Assembly: GCA_026936335.1 (NCBI GenBank)
Contig: JAPMXV010000018.1
Coordinates: 186,001 to 250,000 of the forward strand
Length of the DNA: 64,000 bases
From: Mantamonas sphyraenae STR306
Lineage: Eukaryota > Protista > CRuMs
Direction of reading: 5' to 3'
Made by a program: the position numbers and the translations under genes. Of the stretch, positions 42,639 to 54,011 are shown one piece after another. The first letter of the stretch is position 1. Each line of letters begins with the position of its first letter. The notes below the pieces were generated by a model, which was not told where the DNA came from, made no database searches, and worked only from the letters and a program-made list of their open reading frames with translations.

Positions 42639-45076
42639 ATGTCGTCGTCCTCATCCTCGTCGTCGTCGTCGTCGTCCTCGTCATCATCGTCCAGCAGCAG
42701 CTCGGGAGGGCCCACGTGGATGCTGCAGCCGCGTGTGATGAATGCAGAGAAGCGGATCAGTGAAGACCCCTACGACAACGAGGCCTGGTCCCTCCTGCTC
42801 ACCGAGGCCAGCAAACAGGACATTGCAGATGCACGCGATCTCTACCAGCGCTTCCTCGACGTCTATCCCACCACCGCTCGCGTGTGGAAACAGTATGCCG
42901 AGCACGAGGTGCGCGGCGGCCATGTCGACAACGCCCAGCAGCTCCTCCAGCGTGCCCTTCCCCTTTGTCCAGACATTGATCTGTGGTATGTTGACTTCCC
43001 TCCCCTCCCCCCTTCCCCCGCAAATGGCTGCACACCACACACACATTCGCGCACATGTTCCCATGTGTGCCATGGTGTGTTGCCCGCACACGTCACGTCT
43101 CGTCTTCCGCCTTCGCCCTCCCACTCACCGCCGCCAATTCCCCCCCCCGTCCACACCCGCAACACACAACGCCCCCCCTTCACACACACAGGATGTTTTA
43201 TCTGCGCTTTGTGCAGGCGGTACACAAGAGCGACGAGGAGGAGTTGGACAACCACATGCAGGAGGCGTACACGTACGCGTTGAAAAACGTGGGCCAGGAC
43301 TTTCTGGCCGGCGCGCTGTGGAACGAGTACGTGGGCTTCTTGGCCAGCAAGAAGACGGAGAGTGCGTTTGAGGACGGCCAGAAGTTGGAGATGCGACGCA
43401 AGGCCTTCCAAAGCGCCATTGCGGTGCCCACCTCGCACGTGGAAATGTTGTGGAAGGAGTACGACGCGTTTGAAAACTCGCACGGCAGCGCCCAGCTGGC
43501 CCAAGGCTTGATTGCAGAACACAGCAAGCGATACATGTCCGCACGCACCTGCGTGGCCGAACGCAAACTGCTGTACACAAACATCAACCGCACACTGTGG
43601 GCACGGCCTCCGTGTGGACAGGCCAACGAGACGCAACAGGTGGCGGCGTGGCATCGGTTGCTGGAGTTTGAACGCAGCGACCCGCAGGGTCTGGCCAGCA
43701 GCGCACCCGACCAGCTGCGCACTCGCATCGAGTATACATACCGGGTGGCACTGATGTACATGCGCCACTACCCCAACTTTTGGCTGCAGTATGCCATGTA
43801 CCTGTGGCAGGAGCACGCCGACGGGGAAGGCGCCCTGGACGTGTTTCAACAGGGCAGCCAGGCCATGCCGGACAATCTGTTGCTTCACTTTGCCATGGCC
43901 GACTGGTTGGAACAGCGCAAGATGATCGAACAGGCGCAGGAGGTGTACGAGAAGCTGCTGGACGGGCCTGCAGCAAACAACGCCCTCGTGCACATCCACT
44001 TTATGATGTTTGCACGCAGGTGCAAGGGTGTGCGTGCCGCACGCGTGGTGTTTTCGCAACTGCGCAAGCGTGACACGTGCAGCCACCAGGTGTGGGTGCA
44101 CGCTGCCCTCATGGAATTCTTCCTCACCAAGGACGCAGGCATTGCCAACCGCATCTTTGAGGCAGGCCTGAAGAAGTTTGGCAGCCAGCTGGAGTTTGTG
44201 GCCAGCTACGTGGACTTTATGCAGCACCTCAACGAGGAGAACAACATGCGTGTGCTGCTGGAGAAGCTGCTCAACTCTGCACCCAAGGACAACCTGGCAC
44301 ATCAGCAGCGCATCTGGGACATGTATCTGGAGTTTGAAAAGATGCACGGCGACAGCAGCGCCATCACAAAGACACAGAACCGATACCACGAGTTTGTGGG
44401 CGACGGCGACCCCACGGGCACGTTGACCCTCATCAAGCGATACCAGATGCACGACATTACTCCGTGCGACGACCAGCTCGTCGACGTGTACAAGAGTGTG
44501 GCCATGATCCACAGCAAGGTGCTACGTGCACAGGGCAAGAGCTCACGCATGCTCAACCAACTGCAAATCCCCGGTGGAGGCGTCCTCAAGCTGCCCAAGA
44601 GCGAGTACGTGACCCCTGTGGCCGACCAGCTCACTCCCTATCCACATCCCGAGGCTGCCAAGTTGCTGTATCGGCCCCCTGCCAACATTGTGCCTGGCTC
44701 TATCAACCTTACGGGCATCAAGACGTTTGTGCCGCCCCGCCTCATTGATTTTACCATGACCCTGCCGCCGTCGCGTGCCATGCAGGGGTTGCCCGTGCCC
44801 GACGCAGACAAGCTGATGCAATTGCTGCTGGCCATGCCACTGCCCTCCACCGTGTACCAGGAGCAACAGAGCGAACGTCAACGCCGAGGTCTCAAGCGCA
44901 CCCGAGCCGACATGGGCCAGGGGGCAGGCGACGACAACGAAGTGGAGTTGGGAGAAACCACCACCAAGGACGGCCTCAAGCCACGCAAGGGCAAACGCAG
45001 CCGAGCAGGCACCGATGTCTTTCAGAAACGGCACAAGGAAGAGGCCCGTCTCGCGGCCATCCAAGGGTTCAGCTGA
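42639..45076 (+). CDS. CSTF3: Cleavage stimulation factor 77 kDa subunit (Rna14/Suf, HAT repeats)
   Basis: Intron 42986-43191. PYDNEAW, ARDLYQRFL..YPTTARVW, LWKEYDAFEN, FARRCKG, AALME, IFEAGLKKF, C-terminal DVFQKR. Confidence 0.92.
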
Positions 45077-45174
45077 CGAGTGGAAGAGAGAGGAAGAGGC
45101 AATGCACAGTTGAAAGAGTTTGTTTTCAGATGATGATGATGATGACAATGATGATGATGGATGAAGAACGAGGC

Positions 45175-47298
45175 TCATTCGTCCTGGGCAGGCTCGACAA
45201 TCTGCGGGATCTGTGGTTTGGAAGGACCACGTGCGCGTGAGCTGCTGGATTCAGACGAGGTGACAGTTCCGGGCAGATTGACAGCAGCGTCGTCTGCGTC
45301 GCCTTCCTTGTCGTCGTCGTCGTCGCCCTCGACGCTCTTTGGCGACGGAGTGTCCTGCTTTGCGCCACGTCCGCCATTGTCGTTGTCGCGTGGTGTCACG
45401 GGTGGTCGCTGGTCCACCACAAGATAGGTGGTGATTGGTTCCGAGCCTCCCTTGGGCACAAAGTCGCGCTCCTCGAGCTCATAGTCGTCAGCGCGGTCGC
45501 AGTTCATCAGCTCGTTGTAGGCCTCCTTGCTCAGCTGCACGCGTCCTGCCACACTGTTGCTCTCCATCTTCTCTGCATAGTTGACCGTTTCTCCCCACAA
45601 AAAGTAGCGGGGCATGCGCAGGCCGATCACCCCGGCCACCACAGTGCCTGTGTGCACACCCACACGGATCTTCAGCGTCTCCCCGGGATACTCTCCGGCA
45701 TGCATTGGCCGCGTAAAGTTCAGCTTGGCCATCACGCGTTGCATATCCAGAGCCATGTCGACCACACGTGCTGTATGGTCTTCTTGCGGGTCCGGCAGAC
45801 CCCCCACGCACTGCGAGTCGATGCACACACCGCGTGTCAGCCACACACACACACAGCACTTGTAAACACACACGCACACACACACACGCTTCGCACACGT
45901 ACCATGTATGCATCGCCGATGGTTTCGATCTTGTACACGCCGTGGGTGTCTGTAAGAGCGTCAAACTTGCTGTACACCTCGTCCATGAGGTCCACCAGAT
46001 CGGCCGGCTTCATCGACGCAGCCAGCGATGTGAAGCCCACCACGTCGGACAGCAGCACCGTAACCTAAATGAATGAGTTGCACAGCGATGTCAGAGTTGA
46101 GGGATGGAGAGGGGACGGATGGCGACAAGGCAGCGCGGGAAAAATTGTGTGTGTGCGTGTGTCTGGGAAGAAGAACGCGGGAAAAAAAACGCACGTTGGA
46201 CACTTCTTCGGCAGTCTGTGTGGCACCACTCTTCATCTTTTCGACGACAGTGTGAGGAAGCATGGCGTAGAGGAGGGCCTCGCTCTTGTTGTGTTCGAGG
46301 GCGGCGCGACGCTGGTTGAGGTAGTCCTTGCGCAGATAGAGCTCGCCCAGATAGCCAGCGAGCATGTTCATGGCGATGGCCACGACAATAAACAGATTGT
46401 GCTCGATGTACACTTCCTCGGACACAGACTGTGTCTCGATCTCCAGCACGTAGTAGACGGCTTCAAAGGTGCCGACGGCCAGGAGGGCCAGCACCGAGGC
46501 GTACACAAAGCGCAGGCGGGGCACAAGGAAGCAGAATACGATAAAGAGGGTGATGAAAATGATGCCCACCGATTGACGGAACAGGGAGATGAGGGAAAAT
46601 AGGACGCCTGAGCAGACAAAGACGGCCAGCAGGTAGCTCTGCATGTTTTCCAGAAACAGGTCGGAGTAGGTGAAGCCCACAAAGATGCCCAGGAGAAGAA
46701 CCACAATGGAGTTGAGGATGATGACCTCGGTGGTGACGCTTTGGTCCAGCAGCTGCACCAGGAAGAAGAGGATGACCACCGCCTCGGCCACAGCCGTTGC
46801 CACACGCACCTGCGACAAGGAAATGGTGGCATGGTGCACAGCAAACGAGGCTTCCAAGGCCGGGTCCTTGAAGTGCAGAGTTAGAGAGTTGATGGTTGCG
46901 TTTTCCAGCTGCGTGCGCTCTTCGCTGTCGTTCATCAGAGACGTGAACTTGTCGTACGACCGCTTGGGGTCCACATCCTCCATCTCCATGTCCTCTACCT
47001 CCTTGTCCTTGTTCTTGCGCAGACCTTGGAACAACGTGGCTGCTCTGGAGCGCACCCGTGATCGGTGGTCGTCGCTAGACGTGCTTTTGCCGGAGCGGAT
47101 GCCGCGGCTGCTGCCAGCCGTTTTTCCACCGCGTGACGATTTGCCGTCGTCGCTCCCCTCGCTCGAAGGCGCCGTGGCGGCCATTGTCACACGCTTCGGC
47201 GACGACGAACTGCGTTCCATCGCCGGTGACGATCGACTTGCCGCCAACTGCTCCGGCTCGGGAGAGTCGCGCAGGTATTTCGCAGCTGTGGAAGCCAT
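45175..47298 (-). CDS. 6-TM class III nucleotide cyclase B (C1/alpha-type half; both metal-binding Asp present)
   Basis: Exons 47298 (or 47355)-46195, 46064-45903, 45810-45175. Six TM helices, KSEALLYAMLP, VTVLLSDVVGF, YKIETIGDAYM, IRVGVHTG, MPRYFLWGETVNYAEKM. Confidence 0.9.
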
Positions 47299-47359
47299 CC
47301 GGGAGCCTCGAAGAAAAGATTGGCTGTGTTTGCGCTTGTGCTCCGCAAATTCCATGCCT

Positions 47360-49539
47360 TCATGCTTCCTGCACCTTTCCCCCCACCACTCTCCTCTGTG
47401 TCAATGTGACCCCTTGTGTGCTTTGCAACCGCCTCTGCTTGATGACGTCTGTGAATTCCGAGGCATTGTCGACGAGAAAGGTGTGCTCAGTGGTTTGTGC
47501 CTCCTCCTCCTCCTCCTCCTCATCCTCCTCATCCTCCTCCTCGCCCTCTGCTGTGGAGATCCGCGTTTGGCGGAACATGAGTGTGATGCACTTTTCGTTG
47601 GACTTGCGATGGCGGATGCGTACGAGCTTGCCAATGGGCATGTAGGCATCCGTGCGTGCAAACTGCATCGCCTTTGCCTCTCCGACAGGCTCCAGTTCCA
47701 CCAGCACATCACTGTGGCCACGCACAAGCAACACCCTTGCATGTGCTTGCTTCTCCATCACTCGGTAGCTGCGAAACAGCAGGTCGGCCTCCTCATCGGC
47801 CACCCAATCACGCAAACTGCGCGTGACTCCCACCTCTGCCGCAGCCTCCGCAGCCTCTGCCTTTTCACGTGCCTTTGCCTTGGCCTCCTCTACATCTCGC
47901 TGCGTCTGTCCTGGCTCATGAGCAACCTCACCCAGCTCCTCCATCCCTGTGACAATGCGTGTGCGCAGCCGTCCGATACCGTTCATCAGTCGCCCCTTGA
48001 GTGCCCCAGCCAGTCCCGAGGACGACATCAGCAAGCCCGAACCTTGGTTGTCCGTATTTTCATCCGTCTGCAAGTCCTGCTGCACAGCCATGGCATCCTC
48101 GATGTCAGCCGCGCGTCCTCGCCCGCACATGCTGCACATTCGCCCTCGTTGTGGTCCTGCAACACCTCCATCTCCTTGCGAAGCACCAGGTCGTGCACAC
48201 TCTCATACCCTCCTTCCAGACGGGACACGCGCTTGAAGCCCCGCTGCAGGAAGCACAGCACAAACGAATCCACAACCTGTGCCGCAAGCTGTTCCTGCAC
48301 ACTGGGCACGATATCCACCGCCGCCGACGTTGTCGACGTCGACGACGCTGCGTCCACACCCATTGTATCGCCTGTGTCCTGTATGTTTGAGCCCCCGGCA
48401 AGTGGATTCACCTGTCCCGCATTGCCAAACAGCAGCAAGTGGCAATCGCCCAACTCTGCAAACGTGTCCACGGCCTTGGCCAGGGCCTCTGGGTCTGCCA
48501 ACAACGCAGGATCCAAATGGAATGCAGTCGCAAGGTGGCCAGCATACTTGTACTGGCGTGCGGAGCGACAGTCCAACAACAAGAAGCGGATGCCGGCTCC
48601 GCTGCCGGCCAGACCTTCGACCACCTCTTCTGCGCTCACTGGCAAACATAGCCTGGAGCTGTAATACGCGCCCACCTTACGTGTCACCACCTGGCTGCGC
48701 TCCTTGGACACCATGTTGAACAGCTGGGCTTTAAAGGTGCGCGGCGTGTCGAGCTGCAGCGCCAAGGCGGTTTCCACGAGCGAATCCACCCACTCGGCCT
48801 CCATAGTCAGGGAACTCACACATGTGGGCAATTCGCTCACCTCTGTGTGCATGATTTGTTCGCGGTGCAGCATAAGAAAGGCCAGCGCCACGAAAAAGTG
48901 CAGCGTTGGGTCGTCCTGAACCAGGTACCGGTCCCACAGCTCCAGCAACACGTCCATGTCCAGTTTGGAGGCAAACATGGTCACAAACCACGGCGTGGCA
49001 TACAGCTCGGGGCCAACGCCAAACTGGTCCAAGAACTTGCACAACGGCGGATCTGCGTACAGCAGCAGCAGGCGGAACAGGTGCAACGTGGCCTGCACAC
49101 ACTCCATGTCCGCTGCAAAGATGTTGCGGCAGAACCGGTTGACAAACGCGTAAAAGGCATTAAAGGCGCCGCTTTCGCTCAACCCCAGCGTAAGAAACGG
49201 TGCAAGCACCTCGTGCAGCCCCTGCACGTACGCCATGGAGCGCCTCTTGCAGAAAAAGGTCAACATGGCACGCAGTGTCTCCTGTGTCTCCTGCGTCTGG
49301 AACAGTTCCATGTCCTGTCGTGTGCGCATGCAGTCTGCGTCCAGCGTCTTTTGGTGTTCCACGTCGAATTTGCCGTCAAACAGGCTCATAGAGTCCCCCT
49401 GCAGCCGGTTGGACTTGAGCAGCACCGACCACACATCTGCCCTCTCGTCCGCCTCCACCTGGCCTCCTGCAGCCACCACTGCTGCCCGCACCTTGTCGGC
49501 GTTGGGTCGTTTCGCCTTGAGCAGCTCGGAAACCGACAT
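47360..49539 (-). CDS. TBC1D23: TBC1D23-like protein (TBC + rhodanese-like + C-terminal PH-like); apparent frameshift near 48110
   Basis: TBC DADCMRT, YVQGLHEVLAPF, LYATPWFVTMF; rhodanese LLDCRSARQY..GHL..AFHLD, RVSRLEGGY, DHN..CAAC; PH-like tail in the adjacent frame (47360-48139). Confidence 0.8.
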
Positions 49540-49616
49540 GGTTGCGTTGGGAGACGGTGGGCATGGATATCTCAAAGCACACACACAGACAGACAACACA
49601 CGCCACGCACAACAAT

Positions 49617-50831
49617 TCATTGCTGCTTCTTCTTGCGCTCCTTGCGCTTTTGCTCACGCTTCTCTTTGCGTTTCTGTTCGCGCTTGGCTTCCATTTTGGC
49701 CTCCTTGAGTTGTGCTCTGGCCTCCTCCTTGCGTTCGGCATCGCGTTGGTCGAGTCCGTCCAGCACTCCGTATTGATGGTAGGCCAGCAACGCATACAGG
49801 ACAAGGGTGCCTGAGGCCGAGCCGGTGATCAACGAGTTGTCCAGCGAAACCTTGTCCAGGGGCATGAGGGAGGCAAAGAGGTTGTTGACCATGTGCAGTG
49901 CAATGGGTTCGTACAGGTTGCGTGTGATGAGGGCGCGGCTGGAGTAGACAAAGCCGATGAGGGAGCCCATGGTGACTTGCATGAGCACGTACAGGCCGTG
50001 GTACTGGGCAACGGCAATGTTGACAAAGTGGAACACGCCAAAGGCGGTGGCTGCAAACATGGCTGCGGAGCGACGCGTGCCAAACCGATGCAGGGCCTGT
50101 TGGAGCATGACGCCGCGAAAGGCCACCTCTTCAAACACAGGCGCCAGCAGGAGCATGTTGACCACCGTCATGTACTCCAAGCCCTCCTGATGGCCCACAA
50201 GGTAGTTGGTGAAGCCATAGAGCCAGTTGTTGGTCCGCCACTGGATGGTGAGGAGTAGGAGGAACCCTGCGACGTGGGCGAGCATCAAACCCAGGCCGTA
50301 CAGCGACACCCAGGGACTGTGCAGTCCCAAAAGACGCCAATAGCGCGCCACACTCATGTTGCGGGTGTAGGAGTAGCGGCACACGTAGTAGAGGAGCATA
50401 AATAGGGATTTGGCCACAAACATGTTGATGGGAAGCTGGATGGCCTCCGCGTCGCGGCTGAGCACACAGCGCAGCATGGGCCACGCGTCCTGGTAGCAGG
50501 TGGTGGCCACGGCGGTGAAGAATGGGTCCGCCACGGCTGTGTCGTTGACAAAACGGGGAAGCGCCGCTTTGACGCAGTCCGTTTGGCAGGGCAGCGCGGC
50601 TGCAAGCATTTGAGCACGGCTGCGCTGCAGCTCCGGCGCCGTGTCCAGACGGTACTTGACAAACAGATAGTGGCCCAACGTAATGAGAATGACGAATTCC
50701 AGAATGCAGATGGCCGCTTCCATGATGCCCATGGCCACACGCGCCACGTATTTTGTGGAGGAGGATGACGACTCGCCGTCAGCGGCTGCAGAAGAAGACG
50801 AAGAGGACGAAGAGGATGATGAACGCGCCAT
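49617..50831 (-). CDS. CPBP/Abi (Rce1-like) intramembrane glutamic endopeptidase
   Basis: APVFEEVAFRG, FGVFH, IALHMVNN motifs and multiple TMs. Start could be 50831 or about 50733. Confidence 0.85.
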   Translation of the reverse strand: MARSSSSSSSSSSSAAADGESSSSSTKYVARVAMGIMEAAICILEFVILITLGHYLFVKYRLDTAPELQRSRAQMLAAALPCQTDCVKAALPRFVNDTAVADPFFTAVATTCYQDAWPMLRCVLSRDAEAIQLPINMFVAKSLFMLLYYVCRYSYTRNMSVARYWRLLGLHSPWVSLYGLGLMLAHVAGFLLLLTIQWRTNNWLYGFTNYLVGHQEGLEYMTVVNMLLLAPVFEEVAFRGVMLQQALHRFGTRRSAAMFAATAFGVFHFVNIAVAQYHGLYVLMQVTMGSLIGFVYSSRALITRNLYEPIALHMVNNLFASLMPLDKVSLDNSLITGSASGTLVLYALLAYHQYGVLDGLDQRDAERKEEARAQLKEAKMEAKREQKRKEKREQKRKERKKKQQ

Positions 50832-52440
50832 AATGGAGAGATGAGGTTGACTGTGTGTGTGCGTGTGCGTGTGCGGATCGGGTTGGGGCAGAGTACGCGG
50901 AAAGGGGCATCATCCATTGAAGGTTCCACACCTCGCGTGGCGCATCCTCGGCCCAGCTTTGGCTGTCGCGGCCCAAATGGATGACGAGACAGCCGACAGT
51001 TGGGTCCTGGAGCAGGATGACGACGGCATCCTCGGGGACGTTGAGGGAGGTGGATGGGGTGCGGACAACAACGTCCACGTCATCCGCAACGTCCCAGCCC
51101 TCCAATACAGGACAGGCACGTGTGACACAGGCCACACGGCGTCCATTGGTGTCATGGATGGACCAATCGACGAGGACAACGTTGTGGACGGTGCCGGAGA
51201 AGTGGCCTGCTTTCCAGGGCATCTCCAGGGCGCCTTCCACACGCATGTACGTGTCGCTGGACACGGCACGAAGGCTGTTGATCCCTGTGCTGGCTGACAT
51301 CACATCGTCGCCCTTGACCAGACAATTCACGTGGCCGTCCCCTGTGTGCTGCGGCGTCAGCATGCTCACGTGTTCGTGCAACAGTGAGGATCCCGGGGTT
51401 CTGATCTGCAGGTGCATCGACGCAGATGTCATGTCCTGTTCCGATGCTTCATACACCACCTTTTGTGCCGTCAATTCACTTGATGCACGCAAAGGTTCGC
51501 GCACAAACGTCGCTTTGTCCACCAGATCCCACAGGTTGCCTTGTCCCTTCCTGCTGTTTCGGCTACTGCTGCTGCTGCTGCTTGCACTGCTGCTGCTGCT
51601 GCCTTGTGCGCCTCCGTCTGTGCGCGTGTAGTCCGCTCCCAAGAGCAGGTCGAGACGTAGGCGTTCGCGATCCAGGGTACCAAAGACAAACGCCAGCTCA
51701 GGCAGATTCCCGTCACTGTCCTCAGTATCCACCCCACTCGCATTCGTGGGTGGAAACACACCGGCCAGCAGGGAGTACCCGCAGCCCAGCTGCGCTTCGT
51801 ACAACGTCAACGTGTCGTCCTGGCTCACCACGCGCCATGTGTCTGTGTCGTCGTCCTCCATGTCCAATTGGACATCTACCAGAGATTCCCACAACTGCGA
51901 TGCTGCGCCACGGTTGTCCAGACAGGCCGAGATGCGCAACGGAAGCGCGTGCGTTTCGTCGCGCCAGGTCGATCCGGAGCTGTTGCGAGTCAGCAACACG
52001 GGCTGCTTCACAGCTGCGTTTGGAAACGACACGCGCAGACTAAACACGTCGGCAAACGGCTTGATGCGCTGTCCCTTGAGTTCCATGGACACCTGCGTGC
52101 CAATGTGCAGCCAGAAGCGTGCCTTGACACTCTGTGTGCTCAGCCGTGACCCTGCGTTCCGATACCATGTGCGCAGGCGTATCCAATGACGCACACAGTA
52201 CAAGTTGATCCACCAGCGCCGTTCGTCCACGCCGTGTTTGAGCAGCATCACCTCTGCTTTGGTGCGCCACTTTTCGTCCGTGTCCCGCTCCACCAGTGCC
52301 CGCCACACACGCTCATCCATCAAGGCTTTGTGCCAGTACGAGTTTACCTGCGACGCACACACCACGTCATTTATCCTCATGTGACTGCACACCCGCGCAA
52401 GCACTTCGAATGGCAATCCATCCGTCCAACCGCGCCCCAT
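50779..52440 (-). CDS. F-box protein
   Basis: N-terminal LPFEVLARVCSHM..DVVCASQVNSYWH..DERVWR F-box; remainder unassigned; 3' end uncertain. Confidence 0.75.
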   Translation of the reverse strand: MGRGWTDGLPFEVLARVCSHMRINDVVCASQVNSYWHKALMDERVWRALVERDTDEKWRTKAEVMLLKHGVDERRWWINLYCVRHWIRLRTWYRNAGSRLSTQSVKARFWLHIGTQVSMELKGQRIKPFADVFSLRVSFPNAAVKQPVLLTRNSSGSTWRDETHALPLRISACLDNRGAASQLWESLVDVQLDMEDDDTDTWRVVSQDDTLTLYEAQLGCGYSLLAGVFPPTNASGVDTEDSDGNLPELAFVFGTLDRERLRLDLLLGADYTRTDGGAQGSSSSSASSSSSSSRNSRKGQGNLWDLVDKATFVREPLRASSELTAQKVVYEASEQDMTSASMHLQIRTPGSSLLHEHVSMLTPQHTGDGHVNCLVKGDDVMSASTGINSLRAVSSDTYMRVEGALEMPWKAGHFSGTVHNVVLVDWSIHDTNGRRVACVTRACPVLEGWDVADDVDVVVRTPSTSLNVPEDAVVILLQDPTVGCLVIHLGRDSQSWAEDAPREVWNLQWMMPLSAYSAPTRSAHAHAHTQSTSSLHYGAFIILFVLFVFFCSR

Positions 52441-52466
52441 GTGCCGCAAAGAAATTCCCCTTGGCC

Positions 52467-53936
52467 ATGATGGCGCGTCCTCGCACCCTCCTCTCTCGTG
52501 GATGGGTGCTCATGCGTGCCTCTGTGCAGCCTGCTTCATCCACAGCAGCCCGTGTGGCTGTCCGTGGAGCAACGGCTGTGCAGCTTCTGCTTCCTGGCAC
52601 GAGTGTGTCACGGCAGATGGCCACACTCACACGTCTTCCAACCACCCTTGTACACAATCTAAACACGCCCATGCGCGTTTCTCCCCTCGTGGTCTCCACG
52701 GAAGGCGCAGTACAACGAGGCGTCGTCCGTCGCCACCGCACCTCGTACGTCGTCAAGCGCCACAAGGCGTCGCAATCACTGTTTACCGCCAACACTGCCT
52801 TTGGGGCCTGGCTGGGTGTCATGTCCACACTCTCCCTCAGCATGTTTGCCTTCCACCTTTACCAGGAGGAGGTGCTGCAGGTGATCATGTTCATCCTCGA
52901 GGAAGAAAAGGACACAGACAACGCAGCAGCTGAGCCGGCGGATTCCGACACCTCGCATGCACAGGCGTCGCAGGGCACAGCAACCAACGGCACCACCCAA
53001 GCCTCGTCGTCGGGCATGTCCTGGTTTGGCTGGGGGACGTCGCAAACGACGGAGCAGAAGCAGCAGCAGCGCTCGCAAAACGCACAAGAAGAAGGAGGGG
53101 AAGGAGGAGATAGGGACGAGGATTCCCACCACTTTTTCCTACCGTTTATCTATCCGTTGGGCGTGACGCTCACATTTGCGTCTCTGACGGCTGTGGTTGC
53201 GTACCGGCGTTCGCACAACGAATGGTTCTCCAAGCAGTTCTTTGGGCGTCTGACGGTGTCGCTGAACACATTCCGGCATGGACGGCTGGACATCCGAACG
53301 CTGATGGAACGCAATTTGGACGAGGTGCTGTGGGGCAATCGGGTGGCCATGAACCTGATTGCAAAGGCGGCACGGCAAACCACTCCGGAGCGGCCGTTTC
53401 TGATGCTGGCCGCGCAGGACAGGTGGCACGTGCACAGTGCGGTCATGAGCATGATGTCCAACATGTTTGTGCCTGGATACATGCGTTTCGACCTGGGTCT
53501 GCCCATCGTGGGCGACTGGTACGTCTTTGCGCTCTCCTGCGAAAAGGACAACGACGTGCGCCAGCACAAGGTGCGTGTGCTGATGGTACGCGAGCGCACT
53601 CTGCTGGCCATTGGACAGATGAACAAGCGACCAAAGACATTCAACGACAGGCAACATCGTTTGCGCTGGGAGACCCTCGTCAAGATGAGCCACTTGTACG
53701 ACGAGTATCTGCGTGTGCACGAGACCTTTCGCGAAATGATGTCTTCGCACGAGCATGCGCCTGCAGGGGACGACGTCAACCAGCCCGCCCCGTCGCCAGA
53801 CAGCTCCGTCATCGTCCACGACAATGACGACCTCGCCATCGACGAGAAACTTCCTGTTTTCCGACGCCTGTGGGTGTCTGTGCCAGCAGACCCCGACGAG
53901 GCGTCGCGCTGGAGTGAGTGGTTGACCAAGAATTGA
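52467..53936 (+). CDS. Hypothetical protein, probably mitochondrial (presequence, 2 TM, conserved-looking C-terminal domain)
   Basis: R/S/T-rich, acid-poor N-terminus, two hydrophobic segments, long ORF with host codon usage. Confidence 0.7.
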   Translation: MMARPRTLLSRGWVLMRASVQPASSTAARVAVRGATAVQLLLPGTSVSRQMATLTRLPTTLVHNLNTPMRVSPLVVSTEGAVQRGVVRRHRTSYVVKRHKASQSLFTANTAFGAWLGVMSTLSLSMFAFHLYQEEVLQVIMFILEEEKDTDNAAAEPADSDTSHAQASQGTATNGTTQASSSGMSWFGWGTSQTTEQKQQQRSQNAQEEGGEGGDRDEDSHHFFLPFIYPLGVTLTFASLTAVVAYRRSHNEWFSKQFFGRLTVSLNTFRHGRLDIRTLMERNLDEVLWGNRVAMNLIAKAARQTTPERPFLMLAAQDRWHVHSAVMSMMSNMFVPGYMRFDLGLPIVGDWYVFALSCEKDNDVRQHKVRVLMVRERTLLAIGQMNKRPKTFNDRQHRLRWETLVKMSHLYDEYLRVHETFREMMSSHEHAPAGDDVNQPAPSPDSSVIVHDNDDLAIDEKLPVFRRLWVSVPADPDEASRWSEWLTKN

Positions 53937-54011
53937 GGTGTTGCCAATGAAGAGTGAGAGAGTGAGAGTGAGAGAGAGAGCGCTGAGAATGGCAACAAAA
54001 CCCACCACCGG

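Noticed and set aside
47353-47362. TBC1D23 stop only 4 bp before the cyclase B ORF ATG (operon-like coupling)
   Set aside because: A downstream ATG at 47298, preceded by a typical A/C-rich leader, is the more likely start.
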